From Felis catus (Eukaryota): DNA of 64,000 nucleotides. The notes beneath the pieces are model-generated. The model was not told the DNA's origin. It saw only the letters and a program-made list of their open reading frames with translations, and did not search any database. The DNA is taken from positions 129,768,001-129,832,000 of the forward strand of contig NC_058368.1 of the NCBI RefSeq assembly GCF_018350175.1, given 5' to 3'. Positions 1 through 42,460 of this stretch are shown here, in pieces. Within the stretch, counting starts at the first letter, position 1; every line of letters starts with the position of its first letter. Both the position numbers and the translations under genes were made by a program.

Positions 1-2444
1 CTGTCATCCTGGACGATAGGAAGGGTAGACAGGGTAGATTTTGAATACTAGGGATTTTTTCTTATTTGTGTTGGCATATGTTATTGTTTCTATAGACAGT
101 AGCAAGTTTCTCTTCTAAGTGATAAACGGTAAGATTCATCTCAGTAGAATATTCAGATTGCTTGTTCTCTTTATCAGTGAGAGGTTTTTTTGTAAGATTC
201 TGGTGTCATCACTTGGCTTGGTGTCCTCATTAACATATCTGCAACTTTTACAAAACACTATTGCGGTCAGTCAACTGACTTCAGGCCTTAAATTTCCTAA
301 TGAAATAATAGGAGGGTAGCTGAAAACCAGTTGAAATAGTTGAACATTTAATAATGTTTTTGGCAGTTTTATCAGTGATATTTAAATTCTGGTAATAAAG
401 ATTACATTACCTGGGTTACTGCTGTTGAAAACTTTCCAAAAGATCCGTGTGTCTTATTAGGATGTGTTTAAGATAAGAGAAGATAATATATCTACATGTC
501 GCTGTGAAAAGTTCACAAAATAGCACAGCTGTATTGCTATAGAATTCCCTTTTGAGTAAATAAGAATTTAAGCTAGGGAGCAATTAGATAGCATTGCTTA
601 ATGCATCTAGCCGAACATCTGTGAAAGGCATTTCTTCAAATCTTTGGACTATCAGCAATGTGTGTTTTTTTTTTAACAACACTGGTTGTAAAACTGTGGT
701 ATTTGAGATAGCAGATCTTTTATTCTAAACAAATGAGGAAAGAAAGATTCATTATGGGTATTCTAAAACCCAAGGGAATGTAGGTATAAAGAATGACTTT
801 ATAATTAGAATGTGTTGAATTACTTAGTTAATAATCTTTGTGAAGTTTTTTAAATGCTATTTTGTGTTTGGGGATTTTTTTTTTTTTTAAGAAATTCTGT
901 TTTTATATTCCCTTTACTAGTGTTTTTGAACAATTTTTAATCATCTTTCCCCCAACCCCAAATATGCACAGTAATATCAGGAAACTACAGTGATTTAATA
1001 CTTTTAAATGGCATCTTGGCCCATTTATGATGTTTTTCTTCCTACCTGTGTGAGTTAAAAATCAACTTTCCTAAAAGGGCACACAGTGGGTTCTTCTAAA
1101 TGACAAATCTGCGCAAATTGTTAGTGTGCATTGTGGTTCATTCATCACAAAAAAATACCCCAACAAGATCTGACATTTTCCTGTCACCCCGGAGAAACTG
1201 AGCAGTATTGAATTTTCATATCCCTCTTCAAAACAATGGGTAGATGAGGTAAGAATTGGAAAATTGGTAGTTTGTGTACAATATGAAGTTTGTCCCATAT
1301 ATTAAGTTGTATTTTCTTCATGAAAATTCTTAGCCGTATCATTCCTAATTTTCTCTTCTAGTATCAAAATTCTAGCTTTACGCTTTAAAGTCGAAGAAGA
1401 GAAATGCTAGAACTTTTCAATTTAGTTGTAAACGGTAACATCTTAAAATGTGATAAACCAAAACAAAAAGATCTCTATGTTTGGCAAAGTCACATTCCCC
1501 AGGGATTTACTGGACAGCAACAGCACTGTTACCAGTGTCAGCTGAGGCATTATTTGTATCCTTCTCTAATGGCTCCTTGTTTCAGCAAAGCTATTGAAGA
1601 AGGTGTGACGCTTAGATAGTCCTCATTAAGAATTCTTTTCATCACTGTTTAGATTAGTTAACAAAACCTGGATATCAGAGTTTGAGAGTTTGACTTCTGC
1701 TGGATCTGCTGTAATCATCTGACAAATGTCCATATTCTTTTCTGTCCTCATTTACTTATTTACTGTCCTTGTTCACTGTGACGGACATCTAGGAACAGAG
1801 TGGCATTTTCTGTTGGAGACAATGTAAAAATAATAAATTATAAGCTACTTTGAGATAGTTGGCAAGAAAAATGATGTATGAATATTACTGTGTAATTAAT
1901 GTTTATTTTCTAACTAATGCTTTAGTAGTGTCCTTTGATTGTCATATTTAGTCTATTTTAAAGTAGCATTTTGGCAGTCTCCATTTTCCCAACTTTTTCC
2001 AATTTCACTATTATAATGCCAGAAAATTATATGGTAAACTTAAGAAAGAGGTGAATTTTTTTTCATACTCTTGACAGAGCATCCTTTTACTGTCTAAATT
2101 AAAGTAAGCTGAAAAAAAGGAATGTCTATTTTAAACGACAGCTGTAAAACAAACCTAAGACAATGAAAGCTAGTGTAACCTGTTTTGCTTTGATTCTACT
2201 TGGAAAGATGCACTCAGGTTTATGAATATGCATTCTACACTGCTATTTGGTTCCTGTAACTAAATGTACACTTGATTTATTGTACTGGAATCAATATTTT
2301 ATATCAAATTGATTTAAGAAGAATGAGAGATCTTTTGTTTTCATCAGTTATATGATTGAAGTCACCAAAGTTTGAGGTCAGTGTATTTTAAGATAATTTA
2401 TCACGATTTTCTTCTGTTAGGAACTGAGTTGGAAGAAAGTGCTC

Positions 2445-2637
2445 TTTTTTTTTTTTTTTTTTTTTTTCATAGAGTGCAAGCTAGGGAGGGGCAGAGAGAG
2501 AGAGGGAGACAGGATCCGAAGCAGGCACCACGCTGACAGGCTGACAGTGCAGAGTCTGACGCGGGGCCTGATCTCAAAAACTGTGAGATCGTGACCTGAG
2601 TTGAAGCTGGACACTTAACTAAGCCACCCAGGTGCCC
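2445..2637 (-). mobile_element. Can-SINE (SINEC)
   Basis: polyT, (AG)n, then tRNA-derived body ending ...gccacccaggtgccc. Confidence 0.85.
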
Positions 2638-2861
2638 AAAAGTACTCCTTTCACATATCTATTACCAACTATTTTGAGTAAGTGTGCGTATTTTACTCAC
2701 CCTCTGGAAACATTATTCTGTCAGGCACTGTTCTGAAGGTGCGATTTCATAATTCAGAGTAATACTTGCTTCTTTATTCTGAAAATGGGTATTTATGGTT
2801 GCTTTTCCTCTCTGTCTCTGCTTGCAAGGGTACAAAAGGAGAGAACTAGATTTCATTACCA

Positions 2862-2968
2862 TTTTTTTTTTTTTAAGTAAGCTCTATGCCCAATGTGCTG
2901 TTCGAACTCAAGACTCCAAGATCCAAGAGTTACAATGCTCTACCAACTGAGCCAGCCTGGTCTCCCCT
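2862..2968 (-). mobile_element. Short older carnivore tRNA-SINE
   Basis: polyT...ctctaccaactgagccagcc; lacks the CT tract. Confidence 0.65.
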
Positions 2969-3001
2969 CATTACTGCTTCTTTGAAGGTCAAGAAAAAAG
3001 A

Positions 3002-3219
3002 GGGCACCTAGGTGGTGCAGTCATTGAAGCATCTGACTCTTGATCTCAGGTCATGATATCATGGTTCGTGAGTTTGAGCCCCACATCAGGCTCTGTACTG
3101 ATGGTGCGGAGCCTGCTTGGGATTTTTGTCTCTCCTTCTCTCTGCCCCCACCCCGCTTGTTCTTTCTCTTTCTCTGTCTCTCTCAAATAAATAGACATCA
3201 AAGTAAATAAGGAAAAGTA
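3002..3219 (+). mobile_element. Can-SINE
   Basis: gggcacctaggtggtgcagtc...(CT)n...aaataaa; TSD gtcaagaaaaaa. Confidence 0.85.
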
Positions 3220-3339
3220 GTCAAGAAAAAAAGAGCATGTCACATTATGTAGTGGTATTCTGATTGAAAATTGGGAAGGTTACTAGAGGTTTTATAAGAA
3301 AAGTTGCAGTAGAGAGACTGTATATTTAAATTTAGTAGT

Positions 3340-3520
3340 GGGGTGCCTGGGTAGCTCAGTAAGTTGAGAATCCACTCTTGATTTTGGCTCAGGTCATGAT
3401 CTCACACTTTGTGAGATTGAGCCCTGCACGGAGCCTGTTTGGATTTCACTCTCCCTCTCTCTGCCCCTATGATGCTCGATCTTTCTTTCTCTAAATAAAT
3501 AAACTTAAAAAAACAAAAAC
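3340..3520 (+). mobile_element. Can-SINE
   Basis: ggggtgcctgggtagctcagt...A-rich tail. Confidence 0.85.
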
Positions 3521-4076
3521 AGAGTGGGTCTGAAAAGAATTGATTGTTGCTTTTTCGTGTTTTTCCTAACATTCTACCATTGTATCCTTTTAATAAAATA
3601 CATATATTTTAAATATTACCATTTTAAATATTCAGTCTTGTAAATACTTGTAATGATATTTTATTAGTATTCTTGACTGTTTTATTTTGGCTCTTGTCTG
3701 GTGCATTTGCAACCAAATTATACTTTATATGCTAGACAAGGTTTATGCCAGCCTAATTGGTTGCTGGCATTTCTTAGCCTCGCAGCTGCTGTGAATTCAG
3801 CTGTGAACTAAGGAACATATAATAGGATCCTGTTTTCAGAGACCAAAAGGCAATTGTCAACATGTAAGACTTGTTTTTGACAGCTCAATAAATATATGAA
3901 ATTTTATGGCAAGCTAAATAGTACTAATAGCAATCTTAAGTAACCACCTTAATTTTAAAGATTAGAAGAATCTGTATGTTATTTTTGTTCACTGGCGCAA
4001 AGGTGACTTAAGTTCTGGTGTTCTCTATTCAGTGACTTTTAAAAAGTAATTTGTCTTAATGTTTACTAATATTTTT

Positions 4077-4312
4077 ATTTTTTTTATTTTTTAAGTGTAA
4101 TGTTTGGTTTTAGAGAGACAGAGAGAGAGAGCGCGCGGGCGTGTGGGAGTGGGGGAGGGGCAGAGAGAGAGAGGGAGACACAGAATCTAAAGCAGGCTCT
4201 AGGCTCTGAGCTGTCAGCACAGAGCCTGGCATAGGCGTCAAACTCACCAACCATGAGATCATCACCTGGGCTGAAGTTGGATGCTTAACCGACTGAGCCA
4301 CCCAGGCACCCC
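4077..4312 (-). mobile_element. Can-SINE (SINEC_Fc-like)
   Basis: Full body; TSD tactaatattttt at 4064 and 4313. Confidence 0.9.
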
Positions 4313-4799
4313 TACTAATATTTTTAAAAGTTGAGATCTGAACTGTTTTCTCGATGATTTTACCAAACAAAAAGTTGAGACTTTCAATGATGCAAAAATA
4401 TTTCTAAAAATGAACTAAACATAAAATGGCTTTGAAGTAAAGGTTGTGATTTCAAAATATTTTGTGTATTTATATTCTTTGATTTAGCAGTTAATAGTTT
4501 TGTAAATTATCCTAACATCTAAATTTGGGGTGAAATATATATTTCTTTGGGGTTGAACCATATTAAATTAGCCTTTTTAGGTTAAAAATGGTCAAATATA
4601 GACCTTGTGATTTTTTTTTCTTATGATTTAATTATATTTATCATATGATTTAATTATATTTAAAAGTCTGTTAGTTCTCAGTAGCAGAAACTTAGGATCC
4701 TGTTTTTAAACATACACATTTAAGGTCTGTAATCTGTTGAATCTGTTGAAAATTATGTTGTGTGTGAAAATGTTAAGTGAGAGTCCATTTGCCTTTGTT

Positions 4800-5010
4800 T
4801 TTATTTTATATTTTAATTTTTAAAAATGTTTATTTATTTATTTTGAGATACAGCGTGCACACTAGCAGAGGAAGGGCAGAGGGGGAGGGAGAGAGAGAGA
4901 ATCCCAAGCAGGGACTGACTTGGGGTTGGAACTCAGGAATCCCATGAGATCATGACCTGAGCCCAAATCAGGAGTCAGACGCTTAACCGACTGAGCCACC
5001 CAGGTGCTCC
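4800..5010 (-). mobile_element. Can-SINE
   Basis: T-rich tail, AG tract, ...cttaaccgactgagccacccagg. Confidence 0.85.
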
Positions 5011-6339
5011 TATTTGCCTTTATTTTAAGTGGGAAACAACTACAGTGTTCATCGTTGACTCACATTCCCCAAACTATTTCATAAATGCAACTGACACTAT
5101 AAAATCATCTACATATCAGTAAAAACTATCATGTTGCACAAATAATAAGTATTAAGGGTAACAAATCAGTTTTATATGCAGTAAAAACTTTTCTTTCGTC
5201 ATAATTGCATTTTGGCCATGCTCTTTCAACATTTTCTTAAATATTTTGGGAGTTCAACACTAAGCAAAACAAGGAGTAGTAAATATGAGAGACTTGAAAT
5301 ACATTTGGGATGAGCACACACTGTCAGAAAATGGCTCATAATGTGTATGATGCAAGCATCATTCTGTGCCTACATTTCATATCATTTTGATACTTGACGT
5401 GCTTTTTAATATGTGATTCTGACCGTCTATCAATTATGAATGTAACTCAACTTTTCTAGCATACTCTTTTGTTTAAAATGTGAATTGAGTTTTGGCATAG
5501 ATAAATATAAATATAAATTCTTCTGTATAAACATTGGCCAAAGTATCTTGCATTGAGAGAGAAGTATGTCTTACGAAGTTTGAGTATTAAACCTGAGGAA
5601 GTATTCTACAGGGAATGGGGAGAGAGAGGTTCTGCAGGATTTGCTTTTACTTTCCAAAACTCTTCCCAAGTATTATCCTTGGCTCTCAAAAGATGACATT
5701 TTCTACACTGTAACTTATCTTTACAAGTAGTTGAAATAAAGTTGAAAACTTCTAAATATCTTGAGTTTTGAGATTGTAACAGGTATAATTAATTCATATA
5801 AGAGTAATTTTATATGATAGTGTGAACCTAAAGTTTTCAAATGTGACTCCCATTTTTTTATGAATTTGACATAAAGAATTAACGATGGATTGGGACTTCT
5901 GATCAAAACAGTACAGTAAAGTTTATATATTGGCATTCTTCTGACCCACATACATCAGAGAAAACAGAAAGACATAGCTGAGCTCAAGAACAAGATACCA
6001 CGATAGAGTAGAAATGGATCAGAAATACTAAGGGATGGTGGGGCTCTGCAGGCAAGGATGGCAAAAGTTGATTCCTGTAGGAAGATAGGGAGATTTAAAA
6101 AAAACCCCACAAGTTCCCTGTTTGAAGACAGAGACTGGTATGGCTCCTTTTTATATAGGAGCTCCCTGGAGCTAGGTTTATAGAAAATATTCTCCAAGGG
6201 AGGCAGTCCAATATGATTAAGGTAGAAATACAGGGCTGACACTTAGCCACTGTGCACTGGGAAATCGTACCAGTTATTTCTGGCATTATTTATTCTCATT
6301 GGTCAGGTGCCTTATCTTTGGAAATCTTTGGAAGTCTTT

Positions 6340-8370
6340 AACAGGATATGTAGAAAACTTGCATGTGTTTGGAATTTGAAAAACACTTCTAGAAAACTCA
6401 TGAGTCAAAGAATCATAAAATTAGAAAATAGTTTCAACTCCCATAACAAAAATACTAAATACAAAAATTTGTAAGATGCTGCTAAAGCAGTTCTTGGAGA
6501 GAAATGTGTAGCTTTAATTGCTTATCAGGGAAAAAAAGGGATAAAGATGAATAAGCAAAGCATCCATCTTCAGAATTTGAGAAAAAAATGATGCAGCAAA
6601 ATGTGTCCGAAGTAAGTTACAGGAAAGATTAATGTTAAGAACGGTAATTAAGTATTTAATAACACAGTAAAAGGGCTCAACGAAACCAGGTGTTGTTCTT
6701 GGAAGAGATAAAACTGACAAATCTGATACAAGATTTACCAAGAAAGAACGATGAAAAATTATTAATGAAAAGTGATCGTTACAGATTGCCACAGACATTC
6801 AACATAATTATGAACAACTTTATGCCCAAAATGTGAAAACTTAAATAATTATCTCCCAGAAAAAAGTATAATTATCAAAAGTCACAAATAGAAAACTACA
6901 ATAATCTTAAAATGGTTAGGAAAATTAAATCTTTTCACAAATAAAACCCTAGACCAAAATGGTTTTAACCAGATACTCAGGGTTCAAATAATTCTAATTT
7001 AAACTGTTCCAGAATAAGGTTGGAATGAGAAAGGAAGACTGCTGGCAGCTATTACTCTTAGTCAATGATGTAAAGATCCAGCACAAAATTCTTAATGTAA
7101 TTCCAACTAGGATCCTGACAGGTGGTTTTTTAAATTATTAGGTTATTTGATTTTTGGATTTTGACAAGCTGATTCTATAATTTATACAGACATGCAAAAG
7201 GCTAAGAAGATCAGAGAAACTCTTAAAGAGCAATTAGGTGGGGACGCTTCTTTTACCAGCTAGCAAGACTTATTGCAAAGCTGTAACAGTACGACTGTAA
7301 TTTTGGTTCAAGGATAAAGAAATAGGCTGATGCATGTTTGCTTGAAATTTGACGAGTCATAGTGCAGATAAGTCAGGGAAGGAAGAGCCTTCCAGGAAAT
7401 GGCACTGGGATAATTTGGTTTTCATGGTGGGGTGGGGGGAGTTGGGAATTATGTTACCATACACAAAAATCAAAATGACAGTAGGTTGCATTCTTGAGTA
7501 TAAAAGACTTTGTGAAACTGTGGAAGAAAATGTCAGAAACTTTCTTAATGACCCGAATCTCAGGAAGAATTTTAGAATGTAAAAAGCCGTAATTGAAACC
7601 TATATATTTACATTAAAATTATCATCTTGAAATTCATCAAAAAACATCATAAAGTAAAAGATGAGCCTTAAATTTGGAGAAAATATTTGCAACATATTTA
7701 ACAGAAGATTGATACCAAAATATATGGAGAATTTGCAGAGAAGTGGGAAGAAAAAAACACTCAAAATGTTTGGTGGCCAACAAACATACAAATAGGCACA
7801 GCCTCATTAAATCAGAGAAATTAGAACCACAATATGATCATAGTGGATGTGAAGTCATTGTTAGTAGGATTGCAAATCATTGCAGGTATAGTCACTCTGG
7901 GAAACATGGTGGCACTAACTAGAAAAGATACATATGTGTGTATTCTTTTCTTACACTTCCGAGAGAAATTCTTGCTTATTTGTATCAGTACACATGTATA
8001 AGAATGCCTGTAACACCATTGTTTCTAATAGCAAATATATGAAAACACATGTTTGTCAACAGAGTAGATAAGTTTTTGGCATATTCCTATGTAGTGAAAA
8101 TAAGTGAATTAATTTACAACAGCATAAATGAATCTTGGAAAAACAGTGTGTACCAGAAGCAAGGTTTAAAGTAGTGTCACTCCATTTACACAGTGTAAAA
8201 ATAAGCAAGCTGTTCAGGTACTTTTGTGTTACATGTATAGGTGGTAAAACTTTAAAGAAAAGCCACAGTATGACTCTCAGATATTAGGATAATATTACTG
8301 CTGGTGGTGGGGGAAGAAGGGAAAGGGAGATTCACTTAGGGAGGGGGGCATATGGAGTTTCAAAGGTATT
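6340..8370 (+). mobile_element. Degenerate old LINE-1 (ORF2 to 3' end fragments)
   Basis: A-rich; aaaatactaaatacaaaaatttgtaagatgctgctaaagcagttcttggagagaaatg resembles the L1 ORF2 segment YQNLWDAAKAVLRGKF; further ORF2 and 3' UTR-like segments follow. Confidence 0.75.
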
Positions 8371-8374
8371 ATTC

Positions 8375-8718
8375 CTTTTTTTTTTTTTTAAGATTTTATT
8401 AAAAAATTTTTTTAAGGTTTATTTTTTGAGAGAGAGAAGAGAGAGAGCACACAAGTGAGGGAGGGCAGAGAGAGAGAGAGATACACAGAATCTAAGCAGG
8501 CTCCAGGCTCTGAGCTGTCAGCACAGAGCCCATTGGGGGGCTCAAACCCTCGAATTGTGGGATCATGACCTGAGCTGAAGTCAGACGCTTAACTGACTGA
8601 GCCACTCAGGCGCCCCTTAAAGATTTTATTGTTGAGTAATCTCTCCACCCATTGTGGGGCTCAAACATACAACTCTGTCAAGTCTCATGCTCCACTGACT
8701 GAACAAGCCAGGCACCCC
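8375..8718 (-). mobile_element. SINEC_Fc-like element (about 8401-8616) nested in an older short SINE
   Basis: Inner TSD aagattttatt (8390/8620), outer TSD tcaaaggtatt (8360/8719). Confidence 0.8.
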
Positions 8719-10261
8719 TCAAAGGTATTGTTTTCTAACCTGGCTGGTAGTGAATACACAGGTGTGTTACCTTTTTTTTTTTTTTTTTTTTTTGAATGTG
8801 GAAGTGTATATGATACAATTTATAGTAAAGTAAATGGGGAATCAGAGAGTCAAAGGGCAATGAATTAGTGATGATGGAATACAGGAATTTTCTCAAACCA
8901 GAGAATGGTGATTGTGCTAGAGGGGCTATGTGGGAAGATTGTACCAGGTTCTAGGGAAAGATACTTCGAATTCTGATTGGTCTCTGAGCTGTAGTTCCTT
9001 ATCTGTATCAACAACTGCACATGATCCCTATTAACAACTATCCCTATTAGGATAAAATACTTGTTTTTGATTTAGTGATAATCATAATGATTTCTTTCCC
9101 TTGAAAAATGTTGTATATATGCATCCCTCTTTTTATTATATTACTTAACAGGTGTGTACTATTTGACTTTGGAAAAAATCAAATCATAATTTTTATTACA
9201 ATTAAAAATAAGAAATTTGAGTATCTCACTTGAGCTATATGTAAAACATTTTTTAAAAAACCTTTAAAGGTATATTGGATAAAGTTAGACTTAAAGCATT
9301 TTTTAGAGGCAACTTTTGTTAAACATAATCAAAACCCCATCCTGCAGATATTTCTGGTTATTTCATCCACTGACCAAAAAGCATACACTTGAGATTTGAT
9401 TCATTCATTCAGCTCTAGTCTTTATTAATTTCTTCTTATTGGAATTTCATATTTCTTTGTTCCTATTAGATGAGTAAACTGGACCCTGGTAGAGATAAGC
9501 GAACAGTTTCTCCTTTCTCAACATTTCTGTCTTCTTAAACCTCTAGAGCTTAGTCTCAACTGGTGAATTAGCTGCTTTTGACTCTCATTTACTTGTGGCC
9601 TAAGGCTTTCTGCATTTGTAAGTGAACTTCTGGAGGTACCGCTATTGAGGACTGCTGATAATCGGTTTTCAAAGGAGAATCTTGATTTTCTTTATCCTCT
9701 TTTCTGTAGTCTGTCTGATTTCTGTAGTCTGTCTTTGGAAATTAAGGTCCCTGTGAGATTGTGTTACCTGTAGTTCTTTAGGTCCTATAGTCCGCTCTTC
9801 GTTCCCAAGGTAAGTTGGAATATTGTAGTAGATGCCTAACAGGAATGTGGTATTGGTCTTGGCTTTTGCAACATGATACACTTTTCCTCATTCTCATTAT
9901 TGTGGTACTTCTGTTGGTAATTGCATGGAGACCCCCTGTCTCTACTCTTCAACAATCTCAGCTACAGCCTCTTCATTTCCTGCTGAAAGTTAGTATTTGT
10001 GGTATTTAAATATATCTTCTTTGTTGTAATAACCTTGTTCATACTCATGGGTATTACTGTTTTGAGGCTGGGTTTCACTACTTTGAGACCTAGTAGCTGC
10101 TGGCTCTCAGACTCACTAATTATGTTGTGGAGATGGTGATGAATGTGGGGCTTGATGCAGCAGTGGGGATTCCTCCTAGATTATAATGGAGACCATCAGG
10201 GCAGCTCATGGCTCTCTGGGGTCCACTCTTCACTTCTACTACCAATTAAACTCAGTTTCTC

Positions 10262-10450
10262 TTTTTTTTAAGTTTGTTTATTTATTTATTTTGAGAAAGA
10301 GAGCTCAAGTGGGGTGGGGCAGACAGAGGGGGAGAGAATCCCAAGCAGTGCAGAGCCTTATGTGGGGCTTGAACTCATGAACTGTGAGATCATGACCTGA
10401 GCTGAAATGAAGAGTTGGACGCTTAACCCACTGAGCCACCCAGGCACTCC
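10262..10450 (-). mobile_element. Can-SINE
   Basis: Typical body in reverse. Confidence 0.85.
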
Positions 10451-10479
10451 TCTCTCTTTTTCATAACCTGTAGCAGCTT

Positions 10480-10938
10480 TGTAGATGTACTGCTTGGGTC
10501 TCTCTTTAACAAACTACTTACTGTTCTTTCAGCTCCAGGGAGTACATGTAGCTGACAGCCTCTAGCTGTTAATTTAGGCTCCTAAGATTTTGAGTTGAGG
10601 CCTTGTGTTTCCTAGGAAACCTCCTGCCACTGACTGAGCATGGTGTGGGTTCTAGGGTGTTTCCATTTTGTCCCAGTTTTGGACTGTTCTAGTGGGCAGT
10701 CTTTGCTTTGGAGTACTCTACTGGGTTGTCCAGAACATTGTTAGATCTTTGTCAGGGTCTGAGGCTCTGTCTGCTGAATCCTGTTTTATGTCCCCTTTCC
10801 TTCACTGATTTTAGATCCATTTGAGTCTGAAAGTTTTCCATCCTCAGTCCTGTTTTACTCCCCCCCGCCCAGCTTTTATCTTTCATAATAAAATTCTTGT
10901 CCTTAAACATCTGCTTCCTGGAGGACCCGACTGACACA
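10480..10938 (+). mobile_element. Ancient ERVL-class LTR fragment
   Basis: Ends aataaa...ctgcttcctggaggacccgactgacaca, resembling ERVL LTR 3' termini; subfamily uncertain. Confidence 0.5.
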
Positions 10939-12169
10939 TACCACTTCTGTTGGTTGTTTACCTAATTTCTGTCCAATCACATTGGTAGTGAATGTTGTCT
11001 CATTTTCCCCTTTTTAAGCCTCTCCCTTGAATCTTCTCAGTATTTTCCAGTTCATCATTTCTGTCTACCCTTAATACCCGATTGTCTAATGTCCACTAAT
11101 CTCAGTAAATGCCTTATTTTTACAATAACATTGTTTCATATACTGTGTATCTGGTTTTTTTTTTAAGATTTTTAAAGAGGTATAAACTGTATTAAGGTAA
11201 ATTATAAATGCCCCCAAGGATTTCATTCAGGAAATACATATGAAACCTATTAAATAATATAAAAATGCACATCTGTAACATAGTTTCTGTCCTTCCTTGA
11301 AGAATAATCAAATGGGTGGGTAAGATGAAGACAAATAAGTAAGAAGTACACACGCACACACACACACACGCATCTAAAACCTTGATCTGCTTCTAGGAAT
11401 TTGTCCCAAAGAAATAATCTGACAAGTGTAAAATAATACACGTGCAGTAGTATTCATTGCACTGTTTTTAATAGTAAAAAATTGCATACAACGTAAGTAC
11501 CATGAATATATATTAAATAAGTTGTAATAAACATAATGGAATATTCTGTAATAATTAAAAATAATTACTTAGTTCTGTGGTTATTAACAAGTAAGACCCA
11601 CAGTCTGCTAAGAGAGGGAAAACAAGTTTAATACGTTACATAGGACACCCTGTCTCTACAAATGGTAAGTAGTAGAACTGTCAAAGAAAGTAAGGTATAG
11701 AATGGATTTAGATAGGCAGCATGAAGAAAGAGAACATTTTAGATTACATTTTCCAACCTTTTTGGATGTAGAGTCCTTTTCTCAATATTTTAAAAACAAT
11801 GTCACTTTGTCCAGTATATGATAGTGATTTTTACATACAAAGTGTTTTATATTAGTATAGTATTAAAAAGTGCTCTCTGAATTTTTTTTCTGTTTTATAG
11901 TTAGTATCATCGCATAGTAAAGAAATTTTTTAATGATTAGAAGTATATAAAATTTCAGGCATTCTCTGCCACTGTGTAACCATTTTTTCATGTATGTTGA
12001 AAACAAATTTTCAGTCTAAACCAATTTCTTGAGTTTCTGGTCTTAACAGCATATCTATGATCCCATAGACAAAGTTTATTCACAAATCCTGAGAGTCTGG
12101 AAATCCTTTGTAAGAAAAGTAGTGTCGTTTTCTTACCATAATTTATTACCATAATTTATGACATCTTAA

Positions 12170-40828
<28,659 letters not shown>

Positions 40829-42460
40829 ATCAGCATTTGCTGCTAGAGGATCCCCAGAACCCACATTACTGTAACATACAGTGGTTCAGCTGTTAAGGGC
40901 CATTTGAAAGTTTGAAATTTTAAGTGTCTGTGGAAAATGTCTTGTCCCTTCACCTGAATGACATTTCAATTTTGTGAAACACTCCTTTGTCTACAAAATG
41001 CTTCTAGTCCACGAGGCACAACCAAGATTGGGAATAGTGAGGCATTTTGTTTCATTTACCCAAACAGTGATTTACTTTTGGAGATCCTTGCCAATTTTAT
41101 TTTCTGTATGATGAAGTGAGATTGTGGACTTGATCCAGAGGTGAATAGTAGGGGGAAGCCACAGCATTTCCTTTTAACTCGGTTGAATTTTCTTAGCAAG
41201 ACTGAGCAGTTTTAAATCCTTTGAGTGCATGCATACCTCATCAGTGATTGTACATACCTTGCCCACTCCTAGAGACAGCTGTGCTCACCTCTTCCTGCTT
41301 TGTGCCTTGACTAAGGCTTTTGACCCTCAATTTCTGAAGCACAGCCAAGATAAATTACATTCCTTAATTGTCCTTGTAAATTACCTTTATTGTGTGTACA
41401 TTTTTACTGTATTTGAGACTTTTTTTGTGTGTGACTAGTTAATTTTGCAGGATGTGCCATATCATTGAATGGAACTAAAGTCTGTGACAGTGGACATAGC
41501 TGCTGGACCATTCCATCTTATATGTAAAGAAATCTGGAATTATGATTTTACAACCATATAATGTGGTTATAATTTTCTTAGCATTTTCTTTGTAAAGAAC
41601 TAAAATATAAACTAGTTGGTGTATAATAAAAAGTAATGAAATTCTGAGAAGAGTTTTATCTTAGGATAATACATATATATATGCAGTGTGTGTTCCAGTG
41701 TGGTATTAACAGGACTAATAGTGCAATTTGATCCTTACCAATACCATTACTTAAGTTAAAGTGTCCATTAGCACCCCAAAATGTACCTTTTAAATGTACT
41801 GGTAAAGGAAATTGGCTTCTGATGCATGAATATTTACATGTACACTGAAAGTAGTCCATAATAGAACTGTTAGTTTAAGCCAAGTGTAGACAGTACATCA
41901 CTCCCTTGAAAAAGAATTAAGCTAAAAAAAGAGTTGACTTTGCCTTAAAAGGCAGATCGATCTAACCCAAGCCCCATCCGTTACCTACTATGTGATATTT
42001 CATCATTATTTGGTGAGAATCACCAAATCCTCACCAATAAATTGGTCTAGGGTATGCTGCTTTTTAAATGGTGGCACTATTTTTACAGATTGCTACTCCA
42101 AGGAAGAAAACTGGCCACTTTTCATGTAAATATTTTGTTAAAAGATTTATATATCTCTCTAGGAGTTTTCCCTTAGTTCCTAGGATAGAGTCCAGGAGTA
42201 GATTAACAACAAAAAGTCTCCCAAGGATGTCTTGTTTTGATTTACTCTAAGGAACTAATGCTCATTCATTTGGGCCAAAGGGAAGCTATGAATAGAGAGT
42301 CACATGAGCCAGATTCCCTACTTCATTGTTCATAGAAACCAGAGAGTAGTTGTGGGAAATCCTACACCATGGTGAAATGCTCCTCTGTAAACTTGAAATC
42401 TAGAACAAATGTAGATTTTCACAATGTGCTTATTAATAAATGATATCTATGGAATGAGTT
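40829..42460 (+). other. KIF2A: KIF2A 3' UTR (proximal forms)
   Basis: AT-rich sequence after the stop with no repeat I recognise; AATAAA at 41625, 42036 and 42435. The true 3' end cannot be determined from sequence alone. Confidence 0.7.
42435..42440 (+). terminator. Candidate KIF2A polyadenylation signal (AATAAA)
   Basis: AATAAA with upstream TGTA (42386, 42410) and U-rich sequence downstream. Confidence 0.5.

Noticed and set aside
4620..4752. Short tandem duplications (tatgatttaattatattta x2; aatctgttg x2), with similar ones at 9700, 12133, 35004 and 62159
   Set aside because: Two-copy slippage duplications without spacers; not CRISPR-like and no evident function.
119..11441. Short ORFs (60-95 aa) in KIF2A intron 1
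   Set aside because: No recognisable domains or exon structure; many start at non-ATG codons or lie in SINE, L1 or LTR remnants.
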